Assembly: GCA_002633005.1 (NCBI GenBank)
Contig: NMRA01000199.1
Span: forward strand, 26,505-90,504
Direction of reading: 5' to 3'
Length of the DNA stretch: 64,000 nucleotides
Origin: Phoronis australis
Lineage: Eukaryota > Animalia > Phoronida
The position numbers and the translations under genes were made by a program. Under the pieces are notes generated by a model. That model did not search any database. It saw only the letters and a list, made by a program, of their open reading frames with translations, and was not told the DNA's origin. Of this stretch, positions 1 to 14,895 are shown piece after piece; positions within the stretch are counted from its first letter, which is position 1, and every line of letters starts with the position of its first letter.

Positions 1-3000
1 TGAGAGGACATCTTGTTGGCTGTGGTATCGTCGGAATGAAGGAAGTTGGAGGCCTCAGTGATGCACAGTGGGTTGGCCGCCACTCTGGACCCACCAGTGG
101 AGACCGTTATGGTTCAGGGTCGAAACGAGTCAAGGAAGCTGGATGCCATCTGAAGACATCAAGCTACGGCTTCAACTAGTTAGTGTTCGGCGGGATGAAG
201 AGAATTCTGGTTCAGCTGTTACGAAGAAGGGGCGACAAGATCTCAGACTGTATAGAAGCCTGACAACTAGTGTGGCAGATAACATCACTGTAAGTACACA
301 TAGTTTGTCACCATGCTCAGTCTATCAGCGTGCTCAAGTGCTGGTCATTGCTCCTTTCATTTTATCGTCGCGTAATGCCTTTGAACGTTGTTCAAGAATT
401 TCTTCAAAAACTGGTGTCCGTGAATGGTTGTTTTTGGTCAAGTCAAATAGCATGTTTTGGTCGAATCTTGGTTTTATCACTCAAATGAGAGGCCAAATTG
501 TACGTTAGCAGGGAGAGAACGAGGAATGGTATCCTTATAGCATATATTTTCTTATCCATACTTTTCTAGAACTGCCTAACGCAATTTCGCAGTGATTCAA
601 CAGGGGCGACGGGGACTACGCTTGAGAGGCCACGTGAAGATGGCCACTCAAACTATGTTGGGATATAACGCATGGCGAATTTTAATGAAGAAAATGTGAG
701 GGATAAATTCATGTAACAACAACGTCCCAGAGTGATGCCCCAAGCTAAAAAAGTCTTAGTGTCTAGAATTAGTGAAGAGCGACAAATACGATTAAATGCT
801 TAAACTCTTTCAAAGTATTCTTTAGACTTAGTACTTTCACAGTGATCGATATCAACTGAGTATCGATCGATAGTCCGTGAAGGTTCATAATTCCCCAAAT
901 CCATAAGTAAGTCTATAAACGCAGGTATTTCAAAAATAAGGCCCGTTAAGTTCCAATGTTCATATATCCGACAAAGCGTTCGATGTTCCGAAACAAGCCC
1001 GAAGGTCCACACGTCTGGAGATTCACACGTCAGGCTTCAAAAGCCCGAATGTCCAAATTTACGTCCAAATGTTCAAACATCTGACCATAAATCCGAAGGT
1101 TCACACGTCTGACGGTTCCGAAGCTGTATTTGTCCACAACTGTAAGAAACTTTTTGGATCCTCCGGGGACACTATTGTGTTGTAATAAAGTTCCACGATC
1201 TTCAAATTTTTATACCGTCAAGCGGATAAAACACCAAGTTTTTCCATCGACTGACAACGACATTGCTGTTGACAATACCCATCACTACACTACCTAGTCC
1301 AACAATTGCATCGAGGCGTGGTTCTCCCGCTGAAAATACATGGCGAAATCTCCAGGAGTCTCGCAAGATCTTTCCTTTCTAAGTAAAAAATGAAAAATTA
1401 GGCAACGTAGAAACAAGTGAATTAAAACACTTTAAAATCCGGTAAAACAGATATGAAAAACACTATCTCTCGAGCGTTATGGGCCGGTGCGGCTTTTCAT
1501 CAAGTAAGGGAACACGCATGTGCCCCGTCACCCAAAGAATTTATACCTTTCGGTCACAGCCAAATGCCTCCATCCTATATTAACATCACAAACTTGCCAC
1601 TGGTTTCCCTGAACCGCCTGTGTGTTGACAGTTAAACAGCCGCGTAACACCGAGAGCAAGCTTTAGATTAACTAATAGCCAAATCGCCACTGTTGATAAA
1701 CCCGCTGGCGGTACCTTCCCAATGCAATAAACCCGATGTCGTACTTGCCAGCATATTCTAAATAAGTTCGAAATTGAACACCTTAGTGGAGAAAAAATAA
1801 ATCATAATCAAATGAAAGTTACGTCTAAGTGAGGTCAGGCATGTACCTCATTCGTTGCAGTCTCTGTCTTCATGCCTGGTTCATAGGTAAGACTGTCCTA
1901 CCGACTCGCGTCTCAATGGTCACCGTAAATTATTTTTAACACCACAGTTTTATTTTCAATACCAATAAGAATGGAGGTCTTAATAACGATATGGGCCACG
2001 TGAGCCACTACCCTTTATTCTACCCATTTTCTTTCCCCATTCATTTCTTCTGAGCAGGTTGGTTATAAGTAAGCCTTGCCCGCCATCTTGCCTTCATACC
2101 TGATGAACAGCCACACCCATTACGGCTCGAACAAAACTGACATTTTCAATATACATTTTTATCGAATTTAAAGCGTTTTTGCTGTTTCAACATTGTCTTT
2201 CTTTTTACAAGCGAGACACTAGCGATACTCATGGCACCCCCAACCCCCGCCCCCCGTGATACTGTTCTTTACGATACATTTTCAGTTTTATTTGGTAGCT
2301 TGTCGAAGCGCTCCTGGGTAGTTTGTAAACCTGGGTGTCTAAATAACAAGAGGTGTAACTTTTGTTAGTGAGAGAAGAAAGAAGGTCAGTTCATGCTGCA
2401 GGGCTCACCTTTCACTGGATCGCCTATATTGCTGGGTGTGGCTCTGTTTGACAAATCTAAAAATAAACATCATAGCATTCAATTTAGAAACGCTCAAGTT
2501 TCGCCTGCCACAAACATGTAATAGTTAATGAACTCATCCAGGTCTAGAGATTTCCAGGTCGAAAACGCCAAAACAGATAGGCTAGCTTTGTGCACGAAAT
2601 AATCCAACAAAATGTAATATTCCGGTGAACATGAATGCGTGAAAATCGACTGTTTTCAAGGCAATTTTTCCGTGTTTCGATTTATCCTAAAAAAATGACA
2701 GTTATTTGTCATTTAGTAACTTGCTGTTTTTAAAAAGTGAAACTAAATCTGACTTCATCTATCATGTTTCTCTGAACCCATACCTGTAAAGATGAGTAAA
2801 TTTTTAGTAGATTAGATCTATTTTTTGCAATTATTGAATACCAGTGTGGACAAATCTTTTAATCTTCATTTGTATTTAACTTTAAAATCGACATATTGCC
2901 TGTTTATGGTAGACCCGACTCAACAGCGTGGACATTCGTTTACTTATCAAGGTTCCGAAAAAAGGTTACAGAGCTGTCACTCAAATTGAATCGCCCGCCA

Positions 3001-5725
3001 GGCATAGAGCGGTCCTCTCATTCAGTGAGTCAACGAGGTGTACATAGGATAGAAAGATGCCGCGGAAAACGAAGACAAAAAGTAATTTTGATCGTGAGGG
3101 AGTTGTGGTTCTGCGTGCATACGACATTTGAGGACGAATGCACCGTGAACGAGTCGCCGCGACGGCTTGTAATTTTGTGTTCATCTAGAACATTACTCTC
3201 AGGAGTTCACGAAGCTGTGAAAAAAGATAAATCTTCGCCCAAAGTCATTTATTCCATCACTACTTTGATGTTTTGCACTTTAACCATCGATTGAATTTGT
3301 AATTATCTATTTCTTAATTGGTTTCTTGGTATCAGTTGGCCGGCACGTGACGTAATGAGCTGTTGACCTACTGCTGAACAGATTCTACATTTTGACCTAA
3401 CTTGACTTGAGGCACATAAATTACTCACAAAATTAAAAAGTTTTAGCGATAATTAAGTAAATTACTCACTCAGTTGACATTGCGAGTGAATTTTGAAATA
3501 GCATTTATAGGTTATATTGACCATTATAAGTTAAAGCATTCTAAGCAAAACGTCACATTTAGAAGATTCGCTACTTTCCCGCTTATTCTCCACTTCGGCA
3601 AATCGACTTAATCTGAAATTAGGAACAAGAGTCATCGAAAACGGCTCGGTTGATTTTACTGAAACTTTCAAACAAATATTTATCATTACCAAAAACGCTA
3701 TTAGGATTTTTAGTCCTAGTTTTATTGTACTATCATGCATAGTTGAATACGTTATTTTTACAAAAATGCCTTACGTTTTGCGAGTAAATTTGGCGTACAA
3801 ACCAAACTAAATGAGGAATCGAAAATTAATACCATTGTTCTTGAGAGATATCGGCAAATTTTCATTTAAAAATGTTTCATTAAATTTGACTAAAGGGTAT
3901 TTGTGCTATGAATGTACTTTTGTTAAACATGAAAACCGAATTAAAAATGCTGGCTGCGTTATAACAACAATAACACCTAAATACAAAGTGTGTTTTTATA
4001 ATTCCTAATTACTTTCGCCTAATATCTACAGGTACGGTAATTTTACTGGTTGACACAGACTAGTTTTTCTGGTAACTGACGTTCAATTAGCGTAACTCTT
4101 AAGGAACCAGTCTGCTTGTACGTTCGTAGTCTACATGTCGAGTAACGTGTATATACTGACCCTTTCTTAGGCTAGAGCCTCACAGTTACATGGTTGACAG
4201 ATGTCACGGAGCAACTAACACGGAACAGCTGATCGGGCGCAAGTGTGTGTGTGAACGCGACTGGAGCAAGTTGACACCGCGGCGGTCATTTTTGACATCA
4301 ATTGCTCAAGTGTCATCTACATGTCTAAACACAACTGAGGGAGAGTCGAAAGGGATCATCTTTCAATGCACTTGCGCAATGTAGCTGACTTTCCACGTGG
4401 TTTGAACGTCCGGTATTGTTAATGCGAGCATGCGCAGACAAATTTTGTGAAAATGACTTTACTGATCAATTTTGCGATCTTATGTCGTGTAAATGCGGGT
4501 TAAATGGAGCAAGTTGCACTGTGACAACTCGCAGCGTGACAACTGTTTCTCGTGTAAAATCACCTTGGGTTATCCCAACTTATCTACTTTATGCAACACG
4601 TTTGTTTTAAAACTACGGACTGTGGCGCAAGACAGCTTCATTGATATGCATATCGGCTAACGACAGATGTAGGGTGTGTTTGGCGGAACTCTCAATTTTT
4701 TAATCTGACTGAGTAAATGCCTCGTTGTTCTAATCTCAGCCGTGCCAACAAATTTGACTCTTCGGAACATAGTTTAATGTGTTCTGCACCTAGGGAATTA
4801 TACAAAACATAGGTTTGGTTGACGACCTAATAACAAAATTTATAAACTTCCATCATGAAACCAACTTTTCATTTAGACCACATACCATTGGCCTCAAAAA
4901 CCGCTCCTTCAATTTTGAAGACAGATAACCCTTTGTTTTATTTGAAACGCACGTTACCACTTTTTCAGATCCATCAGTTACCGTTGTCCCCGCGGTACAT
5001 TTACCTATCATCTCCTACACCCACTGACAATTCCTCAATCGATGTCGGGTTCACCTGTCCAATTCCATTGTGGTTTATCGTTTTCCATGCTTTAAGCTCA
5101 ACTTACTTCATTTGCTTCCGTTCCTACGTTTCCCGGTTCATTTCTGTGGCCCGATAATCGAATTACCTCTTTTCGATGCCTCCCCGACTCGGTGCTGTCT
5201 GGTTGCTTTGTAATTTGGGTGCCAGTCTATATTTACATTAAACCGGAGCCTGGGCGAGAAACTTTGTGTTCAGTTGCCTATTAACTCCTCTAAGAATAGC
5301 ATTGAAAATTTATACGTCCCCCCTTAAATCGACTATATCCCCAGGCTCGTGTTTTTAAACAAAAGCTAAATTGTACCCCTGAAAAATTTGATGCCTGGCG
5401 ATCCAACATGACGCTTACTCGTCCGAAATTTGGAAACAAACGTCATGGTGGCGGCCTTTTCAGTCTCAGATTGGCTGCATGTTGATCTACTGCCGGTTCC
5501 ACCATGTCAACCCATTAAGAAGGTTTAGCTAGCCGGATGTTGTCATGGATAACAAATTAGATGTCTTAGCTGGTTGACCCGGTGGAGCCGGTGAAGTCAA
5601 TCAAATGCAGCCATATTTAGAATAGTAATTTATGAATCGCCTTACCTAAAAGCCGAGTGTAACATAAAAATGTTGTACTGACGTGGTGCAATATTTTGAA
5701 AATTCTTAAGAAAATTTAAAATACT

Positions 5726-5918
5726 TGGATCTTAATCACCATCGAGTGTACGTTAAATACTATATTAAAAATGAGTGCTTCCCAATCACATCTGTGAAAG
5801 TTTCGTAACCTTGTTATCAAAATGGATCTTAATCACCATCGATTGCACGTTAAATACTATATTAAAAATGAGTGCTTCCCAATCACATCTGTGAAAGTTT
5901 CGTAACCTTGTTATCAAA
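5726..5918. repeat. 97-bp tandem duplication
   Basis: TGGATCTTAATCACCATCG...GTTATCAAA occurs twice with about 2 mismatches. Confidence 0.95.
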
Positions 5919-7774
5919 TAAACTGGGGGCATGGCCAGGCTGATAATACATTTCGACGGATTTCTCGGTATTAAAGGGGGCATTTCGCTGCTGTTTAGTT
6001 GTCAATGTTGAATTCTTACACGCATCGTTTTGAGATTAAAAATGAAATTCCCACGCTTATCCTGTGACCTTGAATTGTTTGCCGAATGAGCCGACAACTC
6101 AAGACCCAGACCGGCAAAAGCGCGCATGCGCATTTTCGAATTCGCAATTTTATGAGTGGCCAACACCATGAGTCGCTGATGGTTTCGGTGTTCTTGTTGG
6201 TAAAGGAAATACACCGCAGAATACTACAACGGTAACTAAGGACTATTATGAGACCTGTTTAGTAAAAGGTCGAATTTGATTTTCGTTTTTAGCCAGTTTA
6301 ACAGGGTTTTACATCTTTAAATGAAAAGTAGGTAAAATCTCACCACCAGGTGCCGCTCATAAATTCAGAATTTAAAACTGAATTTTAATGTATGACTTAA
6401 TGCTACCTACCAGAAATCACGTTTATATTATCACCCCTCACCTTTTTCTATTGCTTTTAAACATGTCTCATGTGATCTACGGCCCTTGGAAGTTGTGCTG
6501 TTATGTTCAAGGCAAGTTACGCGCGCATTATGGAGCATTACACCGCGGTCAACATCAGAAAGCCATAAACTGTTGATAAGCAGTGTTCAGCATAACTCGG
6601 GTTTCTGCTGAAATGAATAATTTACAGTGACTATACTTGCTAGACGCATCTCCCACCATTGCTTAAAATTTAAACGAAATGTAATGCAGCGGAACTTTTT
6701 GAAACGCCCCAACACGATTTCAAATTGATTTCTAAAAAGTGAATTTAACAAAGCCTGATAACCCACGTGATCGTGATAAAACGTCGCCCAAAGTATTAAA
6801 TAGTCACAAAAGTGAAATATAGTTTTGCGTGATTTTTTGCCATGAAATAAACAAAAAAAATGTCAAAAATGTCCTCCCCCTGCCTCGAATTTTAGAGTAA
6901 ACGTTGTGCCCCTTCTGTTAAATCGGATGATGTGTAATTTGTTTTATAGCTAGTCAGTCAGCACAATACACGAACCCGAACACATGCCTTCCTTCGAGTA
7001 TTGCGCACCTTCTCTAAAGTGTGGTGCTTTGCGGTTTACGTCCACCAGTGCTGGTAGGGAAATGCAGTACTTCGACTGGGTGTATCTTTGCTGTCCCAAG
7101 ACATCCCATTTGGGTCTATTCTGAGAGTCGTTCTTAATATGACCCCTCGAAGGTTGCTTGCCACTCTAAATTCGATTCTCGCCATATCTAAATATATGGC
7201 CCAAACACTCGAAGTGTTCTCTTTAGTCAACTGGAAGTGCTTTCAGGGCTTAATTCGAAAGAATACGGGCAGTTCGCAGTTATTTCAGTCTTCAGACCAA
7301 GCTCATAAAATTCCAGGTCACGTCGTGACTTGAAATTTTGTGAGTTTGGTTCTTGACGAGACCAGACATCACTCCTAAACTTTGGAACAGAACAATACGT
7401 CATCCATTTTAAGTGACCTAAATGAAACCTCATTTGTTTAACACAACAAGCAAGGCAATGCAGCTTTAAGTCCAATTCTGCCAGTGCGATTTATTGGACA
7501 CATGTTAAAGGCGGAGGCAACATTTTTTCATGTCACCTTTAGCAAAAATAAGGTTCGTTGATTATCCCAGACACATTTTTCACTTAATTACAGCTTTTTG
7601 TAATTTGATTAATTTCTCGTCCTCTACTCCGGAAGTGACGTTTTGGGAGGCAAGAGTTTCGCGCCATTTTCTTTTCTTTATAGTCTGACTGTGAGAGCTG
7701 TCGAGTCAGTCATTGTTCTATCTCGGTTGTGATAAGTTCGGTCGTCGTTTGCTTTTGTTTACGAGTCAGTCAAA

Positions 7775-8490
7775 ATGCCACGCTAATGCTGCGTGCCGGG
7801 ATGTACTCATTAACGTCTCACCCGCGCTTAGGGTACCTTATTTGCATCGCTTTCCGAAGAATGACACACTTCGCCGTACTTGGCTAGCTTGTTCATGTGA
7901 AGAACGCAGTGCTACCCGTACAAAGCAGTGGAGGGTTACCGAGTGTGTGGCAAGCATTTTCTGCCGTCAGATTACGACAGAGATATGTACGCTGAATTGG
8001 TGAAGGTCCCTGCGAAACAACGCCTGAAGAAGGGTACCATACCGTCGCTGATCATTCCCGGCAGTGCCCCGTCGCCAACCCCGAGAAGTGCGTTTTTGAA
8101 GCGAGAAGCCTCTCGAGCTGTGGCCACTATATACAGTGACTGGAGGCACTTCATCTACTGTCACCCGTACCTCCGAACGTACCCCATAGCGTGCAATTCC
8201 GGGAACTAGCAGTGATGTCGCCCTGTGCTGTTGTCTCTAGCCCGAGCCTGTAATCAGCCCTGCAGCGATGTTGAGTAGTGGGAGTGAATACAGGCCCAGT
8301 TCCACACCCAGTGAAGAGGACAGTTCGTCATCCAATGAACAGATCGGTGAGCCTAAGTTTGATAAGTTTATTGTGGACTTGTATTGGAGCTATTTAGAAG
8401 GTGCCAGGTGTTTGGGTGCTCAGATCACCCTCCAGTGGGAGTGTGTCGCGGGACACTCGGGCAAGTGGGACAGTCCTTCCTCTGTACGTG
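7775..8490 (+). pseudogene. Decayed THAP-domain transposase fragment (possibly Kolobok-type)
   Basis: MPR*CCVPGC...LHRFPKNDTLRRTW...RVCGKHF...LKKGTIPSL across stops and frameshifts (THAP C2CH), then KFIV...C..GHSGKWDS; a TTAA-AGG terminus-like sequence lies at 7505. Confidence 0.75.
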
Positions 8491-8779
8491 AGACGATAAT
8501 GAGTACATCCCAGTACGCGACAACAGCGTGGCACGTTGACTGACTCGGTAAGCAAGTGCAAACGACGACCGAAGTTATCACAACCGAATAGCGGATTTGC
8601 AGCGCAGACGAACTACGCATTGCGCATGTGCGAGTTACTTCCTTCGCGAAGGCTCATGGGATAGCTTGTGGTCAGGCATGTCTTGAGCAGGCTGGATAGT
8701 GTATGCATTTGGAGTGATTTTCAAACTAAAAACCACGTTTCATTTTTTTGCTTTATAATACCAAGCAAGTCCTCTCTCT

Positions 8780-9285
8780 CGTTTGTAAACACAGCGTAGC
8801 TATGATCAGTGACCGTGTGACCGAAGTCACGACTGTCGTCATGTTCAGTATTGGGGCTATCGGCGTTGATTTCGAAATCTCCTCCGGTTTCACACAAGTT
8901 GAGAGTTCTTGGGTTGCTTAACTTTTGTAGCTTTCTCCGTGGATATGCTAGAGACGTTAATTTTAAGAGGAAACTCCGTCGGAATGTTGTTCTCATAAGT
9001 CTTTTCCACCAGGAAAATGTTCGCTGCACACACGATGGCCCCTAGGCAATCACATCGCACTGGATGCCGCAGGCATTGAGGGGCGATAGTACATCCTCAC
9101 AAAAAGTTACTCATTTCAAAATACAGCAAATAAAATCAAATGAACCATACATATAGGAACACGGAGTTACAATTAACACATACCACGACTCTGGATACAA
9201 TTTAGTCAGCAAAACTTGAACAAATCGATGAGAATCTGTCGCGGTTTGCTCGAGTTTCTCTCGGGAACGGTTACCGGGTGCCATT
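8780..9285 (-). pseudogene. Second decayed THAP gene, convergent with the first
   Basis: HRVCSEHFPGGK/TYENNIPTEF (frameshifted THAP C-terminal half) and a downstream DHSY (HCF-binding motif) at 8796-8807. Confidence 0.6.
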
Positions 9286-10605
9286 TTGAGGAAGTTACGT
9301 GAACTTAAAATTACGCATGTTGACGAATAAAAAGTCCAAGGGACACACATCTTACAAGTTTCACCCGATACCTTCTCATGCTATTTTACAAGTGTCGCGC
9401 GCTAGCGTCACGCGCTTCGCTCAGTCTCGCGCTAACCCTTGTCTAACTCACGTGATTCAGTGATTCTTTGTGGCTATCATGCACGCGGTGATAAAATTAA
9501 CGGCAACAAAAAAGTGGAGTTGTAATTCTTTGCCAAAGTCAACTTAATTCTCACAACTAAGCTTCATCAAAGATATGTATAGAAGTAGAAAGGATCAATG
9601 ATGAAAGTAAGCGTTTTTTGAGTGTAGATTGTATTTTTGACGAGGTAAAAACTCGAAATCGGTATCCCAAATCCGGTCACGGCCAGTTTAAAATACACTG
9701 AAGTAACGAAATGAATACAGAAAGCGAATGGAAGTATTGTAGCCCCAATATGGCCAACCGAGGGGCTACGTGTTGCCTACTAGATGGCCCCGCGTTGGTT
9801 CGAATGCGCTATGAAATCTCCCCTTACTCCCAGCTCTCCTAATGTTGTTTATCCATTTTTCACGAAGTTCTTGGTTTGCAGGGAACACGTAAAAACTCAG
9901 ATTTTTATCTCTCTTGTTGTTTTTTGAAGCAGCCAGGAACACAACATGAGTATCCGCCGTAAGTTTTCTTCACGCTCATACCGCGTATTACATTATGCTT
10001 GTTACTATGGCCGCTTTCGGAATCCTGACCACAGCACCCACAATGCACCATATTAACCTAATTTCAATATGGCGTCGCTGCAAATCTGCTATTAGAACAA
10101 TGACTGACTCGACTGCTCTCACAGTCACACTATATGAAAAGAAATTGGCGCGAAATTCTTGCCTACCTGCACGAATGATGACCGACAAGCGATCCTGCCG
10201 AGTATAGCTTATGGTATAGCGCCACTATTATAGATCGGTTTCTGAAATTTGTAAATCCAATCAAAATAATTCACCCACACATGCATTTGAGGCTGTATGG
10301 GAATATCAAAATGTTTGTGGAAATGATCCCTGGTTAACACAGTTGTTGAAACCACAGGCGTCCTTAGCTTCTGATCGTCCCCAATACACTATATAATACT
10401 ACAATTTAAAGGTATGACACTCGAGACAAGGAATTCCACGGCGGGTGCTCCCCTGACTTCACCCGTCCATATCAAACACAAAACTCAATAAATTTACACA
10501 AAATAGGGTTTCAAAAAAACATTAGTAATTATTATTTCTTCTAATTTCATTCACAATGTCCTGCTCCAGCGAGATCTCAACAAATTCTCGGTCAATACAC
10601 AAAAA

Positions 10606-10834
10606 TGTTCCCAAGAAAAAGCCCACGCATCGAGCCTCCTTTGACGGTTCGAGGTCAAGGACGGTACGGATCCGATGAGTTAAGGATAGACGGCACTTGC
10701 TGGTCCATCACGGAAGCTTACGAATGGTCTAGAGTTATCGATGTTGTGACACTCCGTGACAAATCGGCAATTGCCGTACCGTCCTTGACCTCGAACCGTC
10801 AAAGGAGGATCGATGCGTGAGTTTTTTGGGAACA
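10606..10834. mobile_element. MITE with ~60-bp TIRs
   Basis: CACGCATCGA.CCTCCTTTGACGGTTCGAGGTCAAGGACGGTACGG is present in inverted orientation at both ends. Confidence 0.8.
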
Positions 10835-11437
10835 CATGCCATAAACATTCCCACTAAATAAGATTGCCCCAAACCCCGTCGATCAGGGAAAATGGTGGGG
10901 TTTGCCCGATTGAACTAGACCGTATTTATCCACCTTGGCTGTGTCGCGCTCAGCTCACGATCAAAGGGATCACGCCAAGCTGCTCTATTCCTCGAGTCGG
11001 CTTCGCTCATGCCGATACGTTCAGCTGATTACAATCTAGCCTAGATGACTGTACTTTTTGTGGAGAGCGTTTTACGTAGTTTTGAGTGTACTATTTGAAA
11101 AGAGGAGAGAAAAAAATGTTGGTTCAACTTTGAATTTTTCAAATCGGCCCAGAATAAGAGATTTAGCAACACTCACGATTATACTTTCATTCGGAGCGCA
11201 CGAATACAAAAATATAGGATTCAAGTTAGGATAATATAGAACTACTCTGTATGTTATTTAGATTTTGGAACACATGCATTGCGATATTCAAAATGCGTTT
11301 ATTATAGTTCTTACAAGCTGTAAAATGACGTTGTTTAATTTCATTGTGCTCATTCCATTGTCATCCGTCAAATTCAAATGACGAGATGTGATCTGCGACG
11401 TGCGCGTACGTATACAAAACACGGGATCGTTATGTTC

Positions 11438-11587
11438 CTGAGCTGAGTTGCATAAAGCTTCAAAAGTTATCCGCTGGATAAGTTGGATTGTTGCATGACG
11501 TCAGGGGATTGTTCAACAATCGTGACGCGTGATAATGCGACGTCATTGTTACTGTACGGCGTATAACTTTTATGCAACTGGGCCCTG
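11438..11587. mobile_element. Short MITE with imperfect AGTTGCATAAA TIRs
   Basis: ctgagctgagttgcataaag at the left versus cttttatgcaactgggccctg at the right; a related end lies near 52960-52980. Confidence 0.45.
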
Positions 11588-12299
11588 AAGTACAAACATT
11601 AAGAAATTTTAGCATGCTATTTTTATTGACGTACACGATAAAAAGAATTTGGATGTTGACGATAGTCTTGATACAGCGAGTTAGCTAACTACGGTATAGG
11701 TACCACTGCGTCAGTGTCTCCATTAGACCCGGCCAGAAATTCTCGGCAGCCCGGATAGTTCAGCTCATCACCCATGTAGATCGAGCCTAGGATTATATAC
11801 TCGGGAACCCAATGGTCGTCCGCCTAAGCATAAAACCGGCTTGTTGTCGTACTCACCCAATCATTCCACTTCAAAGTTATGATCTGAATAGGATTTGATT
11901 TAACTCTCACAAATATATAATATTCGTTGATTCAAACGTTTTCTTTTACTTATGCCGAGTTGTTCAACTGTGCATTGCTTTTCGGCAGCCATTTTATAAT
12001 GACACCTATGGTCGTCATATGCTGCCGCCTTTTGAAAGAACAGCAAACCACACAGAAAAAGGCCAAGAAAATAGTGGAAAGTGGTATACAGCAATTCTAC
12101 TTCAACCACAAACTGCTTTACTAGTATGATATCGATTTTTAAATCGATTAAAATTGATTTAGAATTTCAGTTCTGGAAAATAAATCACGACTGAGCCCTG
12201 GATTGTTTTATTCCAGATATACCTTACTTATTTCTGTTTGTGACCTCTTTATTTGACTTTTTGCTCTTGTTGTACTTAACACCACTTATCTTTGCTGTC

Positions 12300-12500
12300 T
12301 TACTTTTTCTTTTCAGTTTCTCTTCATTCTCTGTTAACACCTTGTCAGCCAGAACAGAACTATAACCCTTTGAGACTTTGTCGGCGCAAGTTGATCATTG
12401 AACCTCAATACAATTGTTCTAATAAATTACCCATAATCGTATTGTTTGATTTTTTCTCATCTTTAACAGGCTTATGCAATCATAAATAAATAAATAAATA
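12300..12500 (+). mobile_element. Possible LINE 3' end with (TAAA)n tail
   Basis: LHSLL...NYN.LR-type terminal translation followed by ATAAATAAATAAATAAATA. Confidence 0.3.
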
Positions 12501-14739
12501 CCCAAGTCGCATTTGAATTTTATTGCTCAATCTCTTCTTTTATTTTTGATTATGTCATGCTGTGTTGTATGTAACAATGCAATATAGTGAAATAAAGTCA
12601 ATGTTTTACTTTATTGGTGGCCATTCTCTATCAATTCAAGTATTTTAATTTTCTTCAAATAAATTCAAAATGCTTTAATCAAAAATTTCAACATAAATGT
12701 CGAGCTCAGTACTGTGTTTTGCAATAAAAAAAACAATTGGACAATGTTTTGATGACCATGGCGTGGGTCGAAACTGTTAAGCACCCAGCGTGTTCCATTT
12801 GTCTGCTGCGTTTTTCCTTTGGCCTAACAGGTGTCGGTTAGTGCCTGGGACAAATAGATACATTGCATAGACAATCCCTGAGCTGCTTTTTGTTCCGTCT
12901 GAAGAAAATTTAATTTCGAAAATATCTTCTGAAAATGAACAAAAAAGTGCATTAGTAAAATCGACAAGTTTTTAAGTGGTCTCAAAAAAACAGTCGGTAA
13001 ATGCACTAATTTTAGCCTCAGTTCTTCCATGCGTGTTTCTCCCGAGAGGTTCGTACCTAACGTGCAGACGAGCACTCCAAAATTAATTGGAACGCTAAGT
13101 CCCGCGTGGTTGCGCTGCACGCGAAACAAGATGGCGGACGACCTTTGGAGCCTGACGACGATAGGTATCCGGACTATACTCCACGGTTGAGCTAACGACC
13201 ATCGGCCAGTTCACACAAATTGTGCGAGTTAACCGGCACTCACCTTGCACATTGCAGCCGTTTAAGCGAAAAAATCTAATAAACGCCATTTTCTTGCATA
13301 CTAATCCTCTGTTGTCGATGACCCGTACGCACTCGCTCACTCACTCTCATACGCAGACGAACTTCAAAACAAACGCCACGTGACAACAACGTGTGTGTTC
13401 ATCCAGAGATTTTTCTCGTGTTGTGGGGTACGATGTAGCGCAGATTTGGACTTAATCGCAATTGTAATCTGGACTCCACATGAACTTAAAAAATTGTAAA
13501 ACATAAGGAGGATTTCAGGCGATTTGTTGAGTCGAAACTGTATTTTTATTCAAGAATTCAAGTTTTCCTATCAACGATCGCGATTCAGCGACGTATCAGA
13601 CGGCAAGTTTTCGCCCTGGGATTTCAGCACATTTTTTTTTGAAAAATTATCGTAATTTAACAATGGGGTTTGATAGCAATGCACTACAGTTTTGTAGCAA
13701 GACTGTCATAGGCTACAAATACGTCACAGAGCGTAAATTTGATGAATCCCAGCTTCCGATTTTACCCGTTTCGGAAACCGGGTTTCAACTGCCTTAGGCT
13801 ACAACTGATAAGCGTTTCCTCCGTGAAATGAATTTTTCTTAGCGCCCGCAGCGTTTATTATCATGGTCAATACAGCTTTCCACCAAGACTAGGTGATGCT
13901 ACGAGATATTCTTTGTTGCTTGTAGGGATTGTTGCCTGAATTTATAGCATATAATGATGGCGGAACTGACAACCAAAATTTAATGTTTGCATAATCCAGA
14001 AAATCAGAGGTCGGTAAACCAAGTTTTTTTGAAACACTTTTGGCGAAAGACTAGCAGAAGATGCCCACTCTTTCAAAATTGCCATGAAGGTATTAACTAT
14101 TCCATGCAGCAAGGTCTTGGCTAATTTTATGGCCTTAGGGTGGTCATCCATTCAGCCAAAAGTAGTTCCGAAGTCCATAGGTGGCTTATCAGCCAATTAT
14201 TCACGCATGCTGACTCACAATAGAAGCCTGATCAGAGGGCCAGGTGGATAAATGCAGTGTTCCTCTAGTTTCTTGTGGTAGTGGATGTGTTCACAACATG
14301 ATTTTGTGCTTTGACCTCAGTCGAATTTCTTGCGTACTCGGTTGAGCAGGACACCGTAGAGATTGAGAGAAAGAACTCCTCATGGTTTGTTGAATCTGTT
14401 TTGTGTAGATTTATCAAGTTTTGTGATTGCTACGAACGGCTAAAGTGAAGCACCCGTGGTGGAATTTCTAGTCGGAGTGTCCTTGTAGTATTATATGTAT
14501 AGTGTATTGGGGACGATCAGAACCTGAGGACGCCTGTGGTTGAAACGACTTACAGCAACAGCAGGAAACGATAAAAATCGTAGTCGTGGTGCTGAGAATA
14601 CACAAGGTTACTTTAGCACAGCGAATCCTGTGAAGAGAGAAAGACAGAGGAAGTATTTTAGTTTAGTATTGAGTTATAAATGAAGTATATGAATATGTAA
14701 ATCTTGAACTGGCCTGGAAACTACAGCTCGTAATCATTT

Positions 14740-14895
14740 TTAAGTCTGGTCTGCACGCCACCTATTGGCCACATTACTTGACCTAGTGAACGTAAGTCTA
14801 TGGTCTTTGCTTGGGGGTAGAAATCGTTTCAGACCTACATGATGTTCATTAGGTCACGTGATGTGGCCAACAGGTAACGTGCAGACCAGACTTAA
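14740..14895. mobile_element. Palindromic MITE flanked by TTAA
   Basis: TTAAGTCTGGTCTGCACG...CGTGCAGACCAGACTTAA, with ~50-bp imperfect arms. Confidence 0.8.

Noticed and set aside
68-508. 146-aa ORF
   Set aside because: Non-ATG start, no recognisable domain and no splice context.
12745-12785. Hammerhead-ribozyme-like TGATGA...GAAAC (similar motifs at ~2100, ~14523, ~47446, ~49793)
   Set aside because: Each lacks part of the core (the C of CUGA, an adjacent GAAA, or stem III/NUH); at most decayed Penelope-type remnants.
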